Source: Euprymna scolopes (Eukaryota). From it: a stretch of 64,000 nt of DNA. The position numbers and the translations under genes were made by a program. Positions 1-11,830 of this stretch are shown in pieces. Below the pieces are notes generated by a model. That model worked only from the letters and a program-made list of their open reading frames with translations, made no database searches and was not told where the DNA came from. How positions within the stretch are numbered: position 1 is the first letter of the stretch; every line of letters begins with the position of its first letter. The DNA is taken from the NCBI GenBank assembly GCA_053919585.1, contig CM132793.1; one strand, given 5' to 3'.

Positions 1-354
1 ATTAACTAGCGTGACCCTTGGGAATTCCACGGGGGGCTCATTCCTATATAATATACTGATGTTAGCATTCTGTAGATGTTGAGTGTAAATGGTGACGCTC
101 TGATATTATTGCAGCTTGTTTGTTAAAACTGCAAAAGTACTTATCTAATCTAGTACGAACGTCTGTCAAAGCCCGCTCGTAAAGTACATTAAACTATGGT
201 ATTTTAATTATTGCAGAGTTTGTATATATTATTATGAAGTGAATGTTCTATCGATTATTATATATTAAAATGTTGCGATTTCCAAAAAAATTATATATAT
301 ATCCATATAACTTGGGTGCATTAGCTTGAATCGAAACCGAAAAAGAAACTTATG

Positions 355-407
<53 letters not shown>

Positions 408-1855
408 CAAATATTAAACTTGAGTTCCTTCAGCAATGATCTAAACCGAAACCAAATCTTATGTAGAATTCTTGATAAAATTAAAAAAAAACAAACAGAT
501 GACTTAAGTGTCATCAGCTATAATCGAAACCGAAACCAAAGCTTATAAAAATTCTTGGTAAAATTATTTATAAAAAAAAATGGAAGTACATAACAATTAA
601 ACGACCCGGATGAACGCATGCCATAAGACATAATACACACGCTATCGTATTAATATATAGATAATGCCCCATGGCCGTAATGTGACACTTCTGTGTCTGT
701 TTAGCCAGATTGTAATGGTATGCAGGTTGATGAAATAATAACACTGACGATCTTTGATATACATACCCCAACTAATTCTACAAGCAGTAAAGTCATAGCA
801 AGCTACTGTTTTGGTCCTTATATGCTGGAGAGTGTTATCATATTATTGTCTCTTTCACACGAACGCGTAGACTTTATGAAGTTACTCCCTGGGTCATTCT
901 TCACTGACTTTACTAACAGGCTGAATTTTACGTGTGTATAGGAAACTCTGTGAGTGACAGGAAAAAATTAGAATACATACATTATACACAATGAAAGAAG
1001 AGGTAATTAAGGTAGCAAAGGACACTGAAAAAATGATCGAGATAGAAAAAAATAAGAAAGTTATAGCACGGGAAGATAAACATGTTAAGAGGCGCAACTA
1101 TACAGATTATGTATAACGATGAGAAATGTATGGACTAATAAAACACTTTGACATTACTACGGAAAAAATGTAAAAAAGAAACAGAATCCCGTATAATGCC
1201 GGATATACAAACGCGGTGAAAGGACTTTCAAGGGTACATTTAACTGATGAAAGGTGGCAAAGAAAAATGAAATTGACGGTAGCTCTCCAGACTACCTAGA
1301 GTTTTCCATTGGTTCTTACACAGCAAACACCAGACCATGTTGTTAGAGATTACTGAACTCTGGAAGGATAATTTTTTACTTGCAGAACGATACAGTTATT
1401 GAGTGCAAGGAAAGGTTATAGAATGTGGAATTTCATCCTTTGGCTGAGGGAGCTCAAGGATATGTTGATATAACTTTAATCAACATACGGCGAGAACGTT
1501 TATCTCGCACAAACAAAGAAGTGAAAAAATTTGTGACAGATGTGCAGGTGATAGTGGAGGGGGCAATACAACTAAATCGGGTTCAAAACATGATAAATTT
1601 TGGTCAAAACTGTTACTGACCTCAGTACAAATATGATCTTCTTTTCGAGATACCCCGCTATTTCAGAGATTGAGTAGAGGAGTAGGAGCCGGAATAGCGA
1701 AGTGGTTTCTTCTGATGATCCGATTGCGGGGCTATCATCAACCGTGAATAGTGAGTGCTGCGTACAAATTACAAACAGGTTAACGAGATTATAACTAATC
1801 ACATCAAAGCAAAGATTGACAAAACGGAAAGAAACCGGCAAGAGCAGACTCTGTG

Positions 1856-3878
1856 GACAAGTTATGTGTTCAATTGTTTTCCTGTCATGCCTGTTATAGA
1901 GTGTGGTGTCATCAGCATATATACCCATCTCAGAAGCAGTTTTGTCGGGGAGGTCATTAATAAATATTAGGAACAATAGAGGCCCAAGGATAGACCCCTG
2001 AGGCACTCCCGCATTTATATCACACTGTTTAGATGTACGACCGTCGAGGACAACCTTGATTTTTCTCTTATCTAAGAAGGATTTAATTATGTTAAGTATT
2101 CTATTATACCGTATGATTTAATTTTTCTGGGGAGACCATCATGCCATACCCTGTCAAAAGCTTTAGATATATCTAGAGCTACCGCTCTGCCCTCCCTAAC
2201 TTTGTTCAATGAATGGCATATACGTTCAGATATTACAGTGAGGTTATCAGCTGTGGAACGGGCTTGTCTAAATCCATATAGTTTGTCAGTAAGAAGTTTA
2301 GCATATGTAAGGTGACGGAATAGAGCATGGTTAATCATGGTCTAAAATATTTTGGCGAAAAGTGGGAGGAGGCTAATGGGGCTATAATTTGATAAGTCAG
2401 TTCTTTCGCCAGCATTCTTGAATACTGGTACAGCAGAAGCAGTGTTCCAACATCCGGGAAAGCATGATTCATTAAGGCATTTGTTGTAGAGTTTGGAGGG
2501 AACTGGAGCTATTTCGGCTGAACACTTTTTAATAGCACAGCTGAGGTGAGATCAGGTCCAGATGCTTTTGAAGTATCAAGGTTTTTTATGATAGTGTGTA
2601 CCTTAGCAGGGGTGATTTTTAGATCGTCTAGCGCAAAGGAAAGTAAGACAGGGGCTTGTTGGAAGGGTCCAGTGTGGAGTTTGAGGCAAACCGGCTGGCA
2701 ATCATATTAGCCTTGTCGGTTGCTGAGCAAACTACCTCGTGATTGTTAGTTAGGTGGGAATTGTTGATTGCTCATTATTTAATATACGTTTGTAGATTTT
2801 CCAGAAGTCACGATTTCCTAGTTTTTGTTCTTCCATGTGTTTTTAGTAGTTTCAGTAAATTCTCTCTTAGCTGCCGCTATTTCTTTCTTAACGTTACTTC
2901 TAGCTTCTATATACTTCTGTTTGTTTGAGCTGGACTTATCTCGGTTAAATCTGCGGTATGCATTATGCCTTTGGGCAATGCCAGTTGCGCAAGTCGAATA
3001 AACTATTAGGGAGAGTGGGGCTTGCTATAAAATTTCCGCATGGGAAAATGTGCTTCAATTGCTGTTTTGAACCATTCAGTGGACTCATTTGCGCACTGTT
3101 CAGCAGGAAGAGAAAAATATATTTCCCCATGGGGCATCTCTGATTAGTTCCCTGATGGCTTCCCAGTAAGTTTTTGTAAAATATCTCGTTGTTTTTAGCA
3201 CTGGCTCTTCAGTTTTGGGTCTAGAATTTAGGGAGATTTCTTCCATTATCACTGCATGGTAAGCGTTCCCGAGTGGGCTGTCAGCATTCGTTATACAATC
3301 CTCGGGAACTGTAGCCAGAAACAGATCTAGAAGTGATGCGTGTTGTTCTTCCTGGTCAGGGAGACGGGTTTGAAACGTAACCATTTGTGATAGGGAGTGA
3401 GATATAGAGAAACAAGTGTTGAGCTGCCCGCTGCATCTGTGTGAGTTGAGAATCCAAGCCAGTTTTTGTGGTGAACATTAAAGTCACCAAATACATGTAC
3501 TTGCGCGCTAGTGTCGAGGGAGAGTGATGGGTCTATGCTGTCAGAGACTTTGTTTATTATGGTGAAGTCCTGGGTCGAGGGGGAACGGTTGAGAAAATAA
3601 AGATAGCTAATGTTATGTTGTATGTTTAGTCTGAAGCACATAAAGACTTGATCGCCCGTTTCTAGGTTTGTTTCTCTAGTCAGGGGAAGGGTGTTACTAA
3701 TGTAGACTCCAAGTTTGTGCATATGTCTGTCAGATTCCTTACGGCAAAGCGGGAGATAGCCAGGCATGTTAAAGTAGTTAGAAAGGATGGAGGAGTGTAG
3801 GTTCGTCTCGCTTAGTGCTAAGATATCCGGGGTATTTGTTAGGAGAAATGCTTCAACCTCAGCTAAATTAGTTCATTG
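1856..3878 (-). mobile_element. Decayed CR1-group non-LTR retrotransposon (APE endonuclease + reverse transcriptase), 3'-truncated
   Basis: Minus-strand frames in the expected order give APE motifs (PDILALSETNL ~3840-3800; VHVFGDFNVHH in ORF 3327-3767) and RT motifs (ALDISKAFDRVWH in 2087-2338; PQGSILGPLLFLIFINDLP...YADD in 1572-2006). Many stops and frameshifts. Visibly homologous to 57985-59635. Confidence 0.9.
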
Positions 3879-6589
3879 ATGTGTACTGGAATCATTTTGG
3901 ATTCTTTTCTCGAAACATATATAACGAAAAGTGAATTAAATAAAAAAAAAATTCTGTGTAAAAACAGTCGTTTTTTGTGTAAAAACAACTGTCATAATGA
4001 TTGATTGATTATTAGTAATACATAATATTAGACGATCTTCGGTTCGTTGAATACGATTCTGTACAGATCATTTTATGATTGAGTGAAATTTGTACATAAA
4101 TCGGGCTCTAAACTACATGCCATTTTTAATAATAGACATATTTCCATATCGAGTGCAATTTTATATATGCAAGTTTGAGTCAACATCGAACAAGTTGTGG
4201 GGAAAAAAACTTTGCTTATAGTCTCAAAATACCCATGATACACGTCCGTCTATTGAAGCATTGTTGCATTCCAAAGTGGACATAAGTGAGAACTTATAGA
4301 TACACTTGAGCATTTTTAAGACAGATAGGAGTTGAAATTGTTTAGAACGCAGGTAGAGGGATTGCATGGTTATAGAAACTTTACCCACTATATCAAAGAC
4401 ATTTAATCTCACAACGAGTCATGAAGTAATTATAAATAAGAGAAAATCCAGTCTGTGATTGGAATAAGCAGCGGGTACATTTAAAGATCAAATGCAAACG
4501 CGTGTATACTCGTGAACTTCATAGAATGCACAAACTAACAGAGAAAATTAGCAGATACTAACCAGCCGAGGATGAATTAAGAAAATATCGCATTGCATGT
4601 AACGATACTTATGCTTGTTAACATATAGAAGGTGGTATTTATTGTGGTTGGATTTGGAAACGTACGTGCTATAGTCTAACATATAGTCTACAACGAAACT
4701 GCCGTGTGGCAATATATTTTCTTCTGTGGATTCATTACTGGTAGTATATTTTACGCAGGGTATAAATTCGTTTTGGTTTAAGTACAGTGTAAATAAATAC
4801 TTATGACAAACTACACTACAGTCCCCATGGTATTTCAACTGACAAATATGTAATCTCATTGACTCTAATCCTCGAATGACTCTTTCATTTAATAGTAATA
4901 AGAAAATAGTATAAATTAAAAAGAGTTAAATCGACTTTTGAAATATATATGAAAAACAACTTTAACGCTCTCCTAATTCATAAATGCGAAGACACCATTA
5001 AACGTAAACTATTTGGAAATAGATCATCCGAATTTGGGATAATACCCTCTGTACTTCCAGTTACCGGATATAGCCGCAATTAAATTGTAAAATTTACTAA
5101 AAATCCAATGAATGTTTATTAATAACTTTCTTTTCAAATTATCACAAGAATTCTGCAAATGTTTGAGCGCGAGAAGGAATATCGACTTTCCCAGGTTTAT
5201 ACACTTTTGTTTGATCAACATTGATAATCACATAACTTACGTATAACATGCCTTTCAGTGATCACATGCTATAATTTCGTACGCATTCCTAGTCTTATAC
5301 ACCTTAACAGAATTACCCTATTTTTCATGGGTAGTAACCGGGGTTTACAAGAAGATTTTATGGCAACTGATTAGAATTTTAGTAAAAATAACACTATAAA
5401 TACTATTAGTGCTAAAAGTATGCGGTTTAATTTCTTGCTGGAGATAAAGATTCATCAAAGTAGATGTGAGTAAATAGAGACAGTTTTCTACGCCATATTA
5501 TCAATGTTTTTAATATTCAATAGTTTATTTCAATTGTAAATTTAACATGAAGATAAGTACTTCATTTAAGTAAAACGAACGGCGGGTTAACTATAGCGTG
5601 ATCGTCCAAAGGAGCGATATTACTCCCCATTACGGGGATAAATATCCTTTACAACCCTAAGTTAGGCCGGGAATTTATTCTGAGGTTTAGTGTCAAACGT
5701 TGATTGAATCCCGGACAGCGGACGGTGACCTATCAAACGGGATGAATTTATTGTGCTTTGTAAAACCAGCCAGATATTTGATTGGTTGACAATGACAGAA
5801 AATGTCAGATTAATGTGGAATTAAATGATACATTCGTTTGGCCTGAAGCACACCTGCTCGGACGCTCTGGCTTTCTGAATAGGAAAGTGATTCACCTTTT
5901 GTGGGCGTGGTAAGAGAAATTAGGTTTTGGTCCAAAATTAGCAGGCTATGGACGACCTGCTGAGGTGCACACGCGCAAAAGACTTTGGGGATCCACGAAA
6001 AGACGTGTTAGACTTTGATTGTTTTAGCAGATTGCCCCAAACATCCCATTACCTCTCAATATAAGCAAATGGCCAGGGCGATTTTAGCAGATTGAAGCCA
6101 GATATCGAGAAAAACACCCCCTACATCCATCCTGACTGCCAGCGTGGAGAAGGAAGGATAAGATTTTTAAAAAAATCTTGATGTTTCTGGTTTAATCGAA
6201 ACGATGATGTACATATGTAAAAAATCGTATTTTTCGTGAATTAACTTTTCAGCAGTTAAAAACCTCCGCGTCTGTTTTCTTTTTGGCGTGCCTGCGAAGC
6301 TATTTTATTTTCAACGGAAATCGACACGAAGCCTGAGACGCTAAGAACTTTGCGAAGTCCTCTCAGAAAATAGACGATCATCGGCCAGACCAGTTCAGCA
6401 GGGTCAAAAGTCATCTGCTGACCTGGGCGGGAGGACCGCATCACTTAAGTAACTAAATCGGTTAAAACACTTGCATATTTCACTGTGAAGTTTTCGTACT
6501 GGTCTTGCGCAATGTAAACAACTTTCCATCGTAATTGCTGAATCCACTGTATTTGAAGGGTGTCAACTTATAAACAAGCCAGTTAGTTT

Positions 6590-7345
6590 CGTAAATAAAA
6601 TGTGTCATAAAATGGTTTGAGTAGTTCTGAAAAGAGTGCTATTAAAAACAGATAGAAAAAGAAAAAAAATATACCCTCGAAATATCGAAAATTATAGGAA
6701 GGTGCCATCAAATTGTAGTGATGTCAAGGACACTACAAAGGTACGTAAGAGGGCTAATAAAGCTTTATATAGAGTTATTTCACGCCATTCTCTACTCCAA
6801 ATAAAACGTAAAATTGTTAAGCATGCTGGGAAGACAATCGAGAAGTTTTTGACCAAGCTGAATTGAAGAATGTCTCAAATGTACTCGATGTCGGCTTCTG
6901 AGAGAAGTGGCTAAGTCTGTTAAGGCTCTGACATGCCTCCATTGAATCAATCTCACATACAAAACTGATTGAAATGAACAGAGGACAAAATTAAAACAGG
7001 TTTTTCCAAAGTTTTGTTCACGAATGAAAATCCGTGTCACTCTTGATAGCCGAGATGGCTGGAGCAAGGAATGGGTCCTCGATGGACGACATCGTTGTCA
7101 GCGTTTAAGGTACCAAAAAGGTGGTGATGAGATAATGATTTGGGCTGGAATTATCGGAAGTATCTTAGTTGGCCCAGGGAACGTCCCAGCAGGCGTAAAA
7201 TTGACGTCCAATGTTTACATAGCTTTTCTGTAGGACCACTTTGAACTATGGATGGAGGAGCAAATGTTGACGTTAAGAAAAAACAGTATTTTTCTGCAGG
7301 ATAATGCTCCCTTGCATGCAGCAAACAAAAGCAAAGACTATGTGC
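6590..7345 (+). mobile_element. Tc1/mariner-superfamily transposase relic
   Basis: VLFT(N)E at ~7011-7028, then ORF 7024-7233 'QKGGDEIMIWAGI..LVGP..VPAGVKLTS', then IFLQDNAPLHAA at ~7288-7323. These match the Tc1-like DDE catalytic-domain pattern. Disrupted; TIRs not identified. Confidence 0.8.
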
Positions 7346-8523
7346 TACTAATTATGTCAACGTTGAAATTGCTATGTAGTTACTGTGGTCTAATCATTTT
7401 TCCTAGTTCCTTTAATGTTTGAAAATTATTCAATAAAAAAGTTATGGGTATATTGTGGTTTGTCCTTGTTAATAACTTAACACACTGGACTCAACAGATA
7501 CTCGTATCTTCTTCCACCGTTTCGCTATTACTGCTTTAAATACTTTTATTTTAAGACTGCAGTAGCTGAATAGTATGGTAAGCACTTTCTCAAAGTGGCA
7601 TGGAGTGTTATTCACACGTTCCTTGACTATTAACAAAATGTAAACTCATTAATAATTTGATACGGAGTGTAATTTATGTTTTTTCTTAATTTCAGGAATA
7701 AGTCTGCAGACACATCTGCCTTGCAGACAATACCGACTAGATGGTTATTCGCTTTGTAGATATTGATTATTTGCAGGACATATAAAAACATACACATACA
7801 TACATACATACATACATACATGCATACATACAGTTGCCATTTATCTTACATAACTTTTGCTGCGTATGTGCCTGTGTTTGGCTCCCTGTTTGTCTGTGTG
7901 TTTTTGTTTATTTGTTATTGACTCTAAAACGTATGTACTGATTGTGTTTACTATTCTAAACAGATGCACGTCATCCCCCCATGAATGTTCTAAGATAGGT
8001 TTTGTATCGAAATGAGCACATATCTCGAAAATCTAAAAATTCTGGTTTAAGATCTTCTTTTGACTAAATGTAACCTTCTTATCAACCTGTGCATTTGGGA
8101 AGTTTATCAAAGACTGGTGTACTATGTCACCAGCATGCTGTTTGGCAATACAGAAGCGCGGTCGAAATGAATGTTTCTATTTTAGAACACAAATGCACTG
8201 ATATTTTACTTTTACATTTAACACTTTAATTCAAGCCATTCTATAAAATAAATTACATAAAATCATCAGTAAGTCTTCTACGATGCAATGCAAACAAAAT
8301 GTATTGTGGACTGGGATAATATGTAAATACGTGTAAAACTTTATTCCAATGGTTTGCGGTTAGCCCCCGACTAATGGAGACACTCCATTGAGTTTATTAA
8401 AATATAGGTTACTTTATCATTTTTGGTGACAATAATAGTATTGTAGAATGTAGAACACTCGATCCTCATTCAATAATTGATAAGGTTCAGTGCCGCTGTC
8501 AGTATATACATATACATATACCG

Positions 8524-8524
<1 letters not shown>

Positions 8525-8614
<90 letters not shown>
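8525..8614. repeat. (ATCT)n + (TA)n compound microsatellite
   Basis: Directly visible. Confidence 0.95.
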
Positions 8615-8615
<1 letters not shown>

Positions 8616-9039
8616 GTTGTTTTAAAAAAGGAGAAAGAAAAAACCGAATGAATTTAAAAAAATAGTGATCAATGTTTCGTCCCTTATTGCAGGGGGCATC
8701 TTCAGAATATTCAAAGGAAAAATGCAGAATGAGACAACGATCATAAACCATACGTAAGTGAAATGGAAATGGAAAATGGAAATGTTAGAATCCATACCCA
8801 TATCGCGAAGGAAACTATAAATGTGTATCGTTTTTGTTTTTTTTTTCAAAACAACATAACGTNNNNNNNNNNNNNNNNNNNNNNNNNNNNNNNNNNNNNN
8901 NNNNNNNNNNNNNNNNNNNNNNNNNNNNNNNNNNNNNNNNNNNNNNNNNNNNNNNNNNNNNNNNNNNNNNNNNNNNNNNNNNNNNNNNNNNNNNNAATAT
9001 GTATGTATGCATGTATGTGAGTATATATATGTATGTATG

Positions 9040-9103
<64 letters not shown>

Positions 9104-10320
9104 TATTGAATCGACTAAATTATTGGGTGAATATCTGGCATGCGATATAATTTTCCATTCCCAGTAAAACACAAACAATTAGAAAAACTGATGTCGTGGA
9201 TTACACATTATCATAAATTTTTAGATCCATCCAAACTTATATATAACATTGAAAAATACATTGAAAAATATAGCGTAACTATCATCAGTTGCGTTTATAC
9301 AATTCAAATAGATGTGTAAGAAATAATCTCATATTTGTTTCGCATCACTCTTTTATAAGGACCTTCGCAATGAGACCTCACTTTGTCTAGAATATGTTCG
9401 TGAGTCACGCAATCACATTTCTGTGACTCGGACAATTGTAATATTTAGGCAATTTAATTTTCACTTGTTTGGTTCACTGTGAAACGTAAGTTTTCACGTC
9501 TATCGTGTTTATTATTTTGTGCGTAGACTCTCCGTTAAGGGTCGCTCAGCTTTAAATAACTGTCACAATTTCTCTACTGATTCTTGGCTTGTTAAATATG
9601 TTTTAAACTTGCTTCACAAAAGCTGATGTCTTATTAACTGCTATCTCGTTATTAATGATTAATTGTACCTGTAAATTATTAAAACGCGTTATACTAATTT
9701 GCATAAAGAATAAAAAATATACTGCTGAGGTAATATCTATTCAATTATAATTTTATCGCTTCAGTATATTTAACAAGGATTTCAAAAGAGCACGGCTTTG
9801 TTAATTCCCTGTACATGCATTCTTAAACTTAAAACTCTTCAACCGTATTTACAATGTCGACAGCTTTAAATGTTATTCGCTTTAGGCTGATTTCTTTTGT
9901 GGTTGTTTCTTTGTTCACTGTTTCTCAGACCATGGCAACAAACAAAAATCATAAGGTGCAGTAGTCAATCCTGATTGTTACTTATCTTTTTAATTTTACT
10001 TATAAATATGACGTCTATCACATGATCACTAAGTCTTATTTGTAATTTTCCTTGTTTGAGGTCACTAAATATGAACATATGATAATACATATATATGACT
10101 GATTTGAAACGTTCTAGTTGCGCGAAACATTCGACTGAAAATATATTTAAAACTAAAAAAAAAACTAGTTGAAGATGAAATATCTCGTTTTTAGTCACAA
10201 TCAAGCGGCTCAATAAGTCACTCGGTCGGACCGTCTGTCGGTCCGTCAGTCGGTCCGTCGGTCCATCGGTCAGTCCGTCGGTCCGTCGGTCTGTCGGTCT
10301 GTCCGTAACACTTTCGTGAT

Positions 10321-10371
10321 TGGCCTTTTTGGTTAAGATTAAATGTATGCTGTTAATAGAAGCTGTTCTTA
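10321..10371 (+). pseudogene. Degenerate U2 snRNA 5' fragment (copy a)
   Basis: TGGCCTTTTTGGTTAAGATTAAATGTA...CTGTTCTTA versus the U2 consensus TCGGCCTTTTGGCTAAGATCAA(A)GTGTAGTATCTGTTCTTA. Confidence 0.6.
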
Positions 10372-10384
10372 GCTTTTTAAGATT

Positions 10385-10415
10385 TTTCTTGGCCTATTGG
10401 CCAAGTGTTTTTCTT
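10385..10415 (+). pseudogene. Degenerate, internally deleted U2 snRNA 5' fragment (copy b)
   Basis: TTTTCTTGGCCTATTGGCCAAGTGTTTTTCTT. It shares the TTTTCTTGG...TTGGCCAAG variant with the copies at 18863 and 19309. Confidence 0.5.
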
Positions 10416-10530
10416 CCAAATTCAAGATCTTTTTTTTTCCAATGAATTAAACTTTTTTCACACGCACACACACGCACACACATTTTAATAATTAAAAAGG
10501 GAGGGGAATTATACACACACACATACAGAA

Positions 10531-10590
<60 letters not shown>

Positions 10591-10850
10591 CTTTTTTGCA
10601 AAAACGCTGGGTTTTCATTAGTTTGTTAGAGTGAATGAGGTATTGTGTTAAATGTTGCAAGTCAAGAGTAAAGTCGACAACGCTCCATTTTCACTTTAGT
10701 AATAAAGAGCCTGCAACACTCCCCTCCCAGATCTTATAGAGCCTTGTGCCTAAATTTGTTTTGTAAATTGGAATTTTAATTTAACTTATTTTAATTTCAC
10801 ATTGAATTATTTTGATTGTAATTTTTATTTTCATGAAATAAATTATATAT

Positions 10851-10875
10851 GAAGATGAAAGTGCAGTATATGTTC
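10851..10875 (+). pseudogene. Partial U2 snRNA 5' fragment (copy c)
   Basis: AAGATGAAAGTGCAGTATATGTTC resembles U2 AAGATCAAAGTGTAGTATCTGTTC. Confidence 0.65.
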
Positions 10876-11073
10876 CGGTAGATACTGCAAGCAAAGACCA
10901 TATGTGGGGGCGACCCCACATATAAGACCTTGGTCAATGTACGGGCAACCCTTCATACCAATTGTCACTATCCAGCTCCCCTACTTTCGAGGGAGTTGGT
11001 TCCTATTTCCCCTTCACTCCTCATATTAAAAATCAGCCTTGAGCCTAATTTGCTCGGTGGGGGAGCAAATAAA
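10876..11073 (+). mobile_element. Short ~200-bp non-autonomous retroelement unit 1 (SINE-like, shares 3' tail with the Tx1 LINE)
   Basis: Closely similar to 18906-19103 and 19116-19303. The last ~75 nt match the LINE 3' end 18786-18856. Ends in AATAAA. Confidence 0.85.
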
Positions 11074-11120
11074 TACGCTTTTCTGGGCCTTTTGGAGAAT
11101 ATCAAAGTGTAGTATCTGTT
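11073..11120 (+). pseudogene. U2 snRNA 5' fragment (copy d), directly upstream of the LINE
   Basis: ATACGCTTTTCTGGGCCTTTTGGAGAATATCAAAGTGTAGTATCTGTT, including the intact branch-point recognition sequence GTAGTA. Confidence 0.85.
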
Positions 11121-11830
11121 TTCCCAGTTACCTCATTTTTTTATTTTTTCCAAAGGGCTCCGCCACTTGACCCCCCCCCGAGTTAAGTTCAAGTTGTAAT
11201 TTTGTCACTTTCGTGACGTTCTAACTTTTGTTAGTTGGACCGACCCCCTTTGTTTGGGGAGTCAGGACCTCTCTTCTCGCCCCAGGACCGACGCCATTGT
11301 GTGGTAGTCTGGACCCAAAACTGATCCCTTCTTAGGGAGTTTCCTGTTTTCGGGATCGACAACACTTCCTTTGGTAGACGCGCCTAGTCGGGTTAGCTTT
11401 AGTTTGTTTGGTACTTTGTTTCCTCCTCGCCTCTGATGTTCAAATGGTCTATTCTCTCCTCTCTTAATTGCCTGAGCAGCACTCTGACCTGCCAGGCCCA
11501 AAACATTGTCTTCCTTCGCTGCTCTCCCAGTGGATTGAGCAGACCGGGTTCACTTTCTCGCTTCCTTGGGGTTGTTTGTGGGTAGGGTGACGTTAGTAGG
11601 GCGGCTGTTTCGTTTCTGCTCCCCTCTCTTAATTGCGATGTGTCACTCTGACCCGCTAGCACCCACTTAGTCTTCCTTCTCTGCTCTCCTCCTCATGAGC
11701 GATTGGAGCTGCTAACCCGACGTCCCCGCAAGGAGAGGTCAAACCTCTGTTCTATTCCGATCCGGCCCTCCCCTATTTTTTTCTTTTCCTCCCGCTATAA
11801 TTTGTCAGCGGCCAGTGAAACCAGTCCACG

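Noticed and set aside
325-565. Three spaced AAACCGAAA..CTTAT motifs
   Set aside because: Short degenerate minisatellite interrupted by (TA)n, with no further structure.
8477-9178. ORFs rich in YI/IY or X (also at 23.4-24.9, 32.8-36, 39.3-40, 53.8 and 60 kb)
   Set aside because: Translation artefacts of (TA)n/(TG)n microsatellites and N-gaps.
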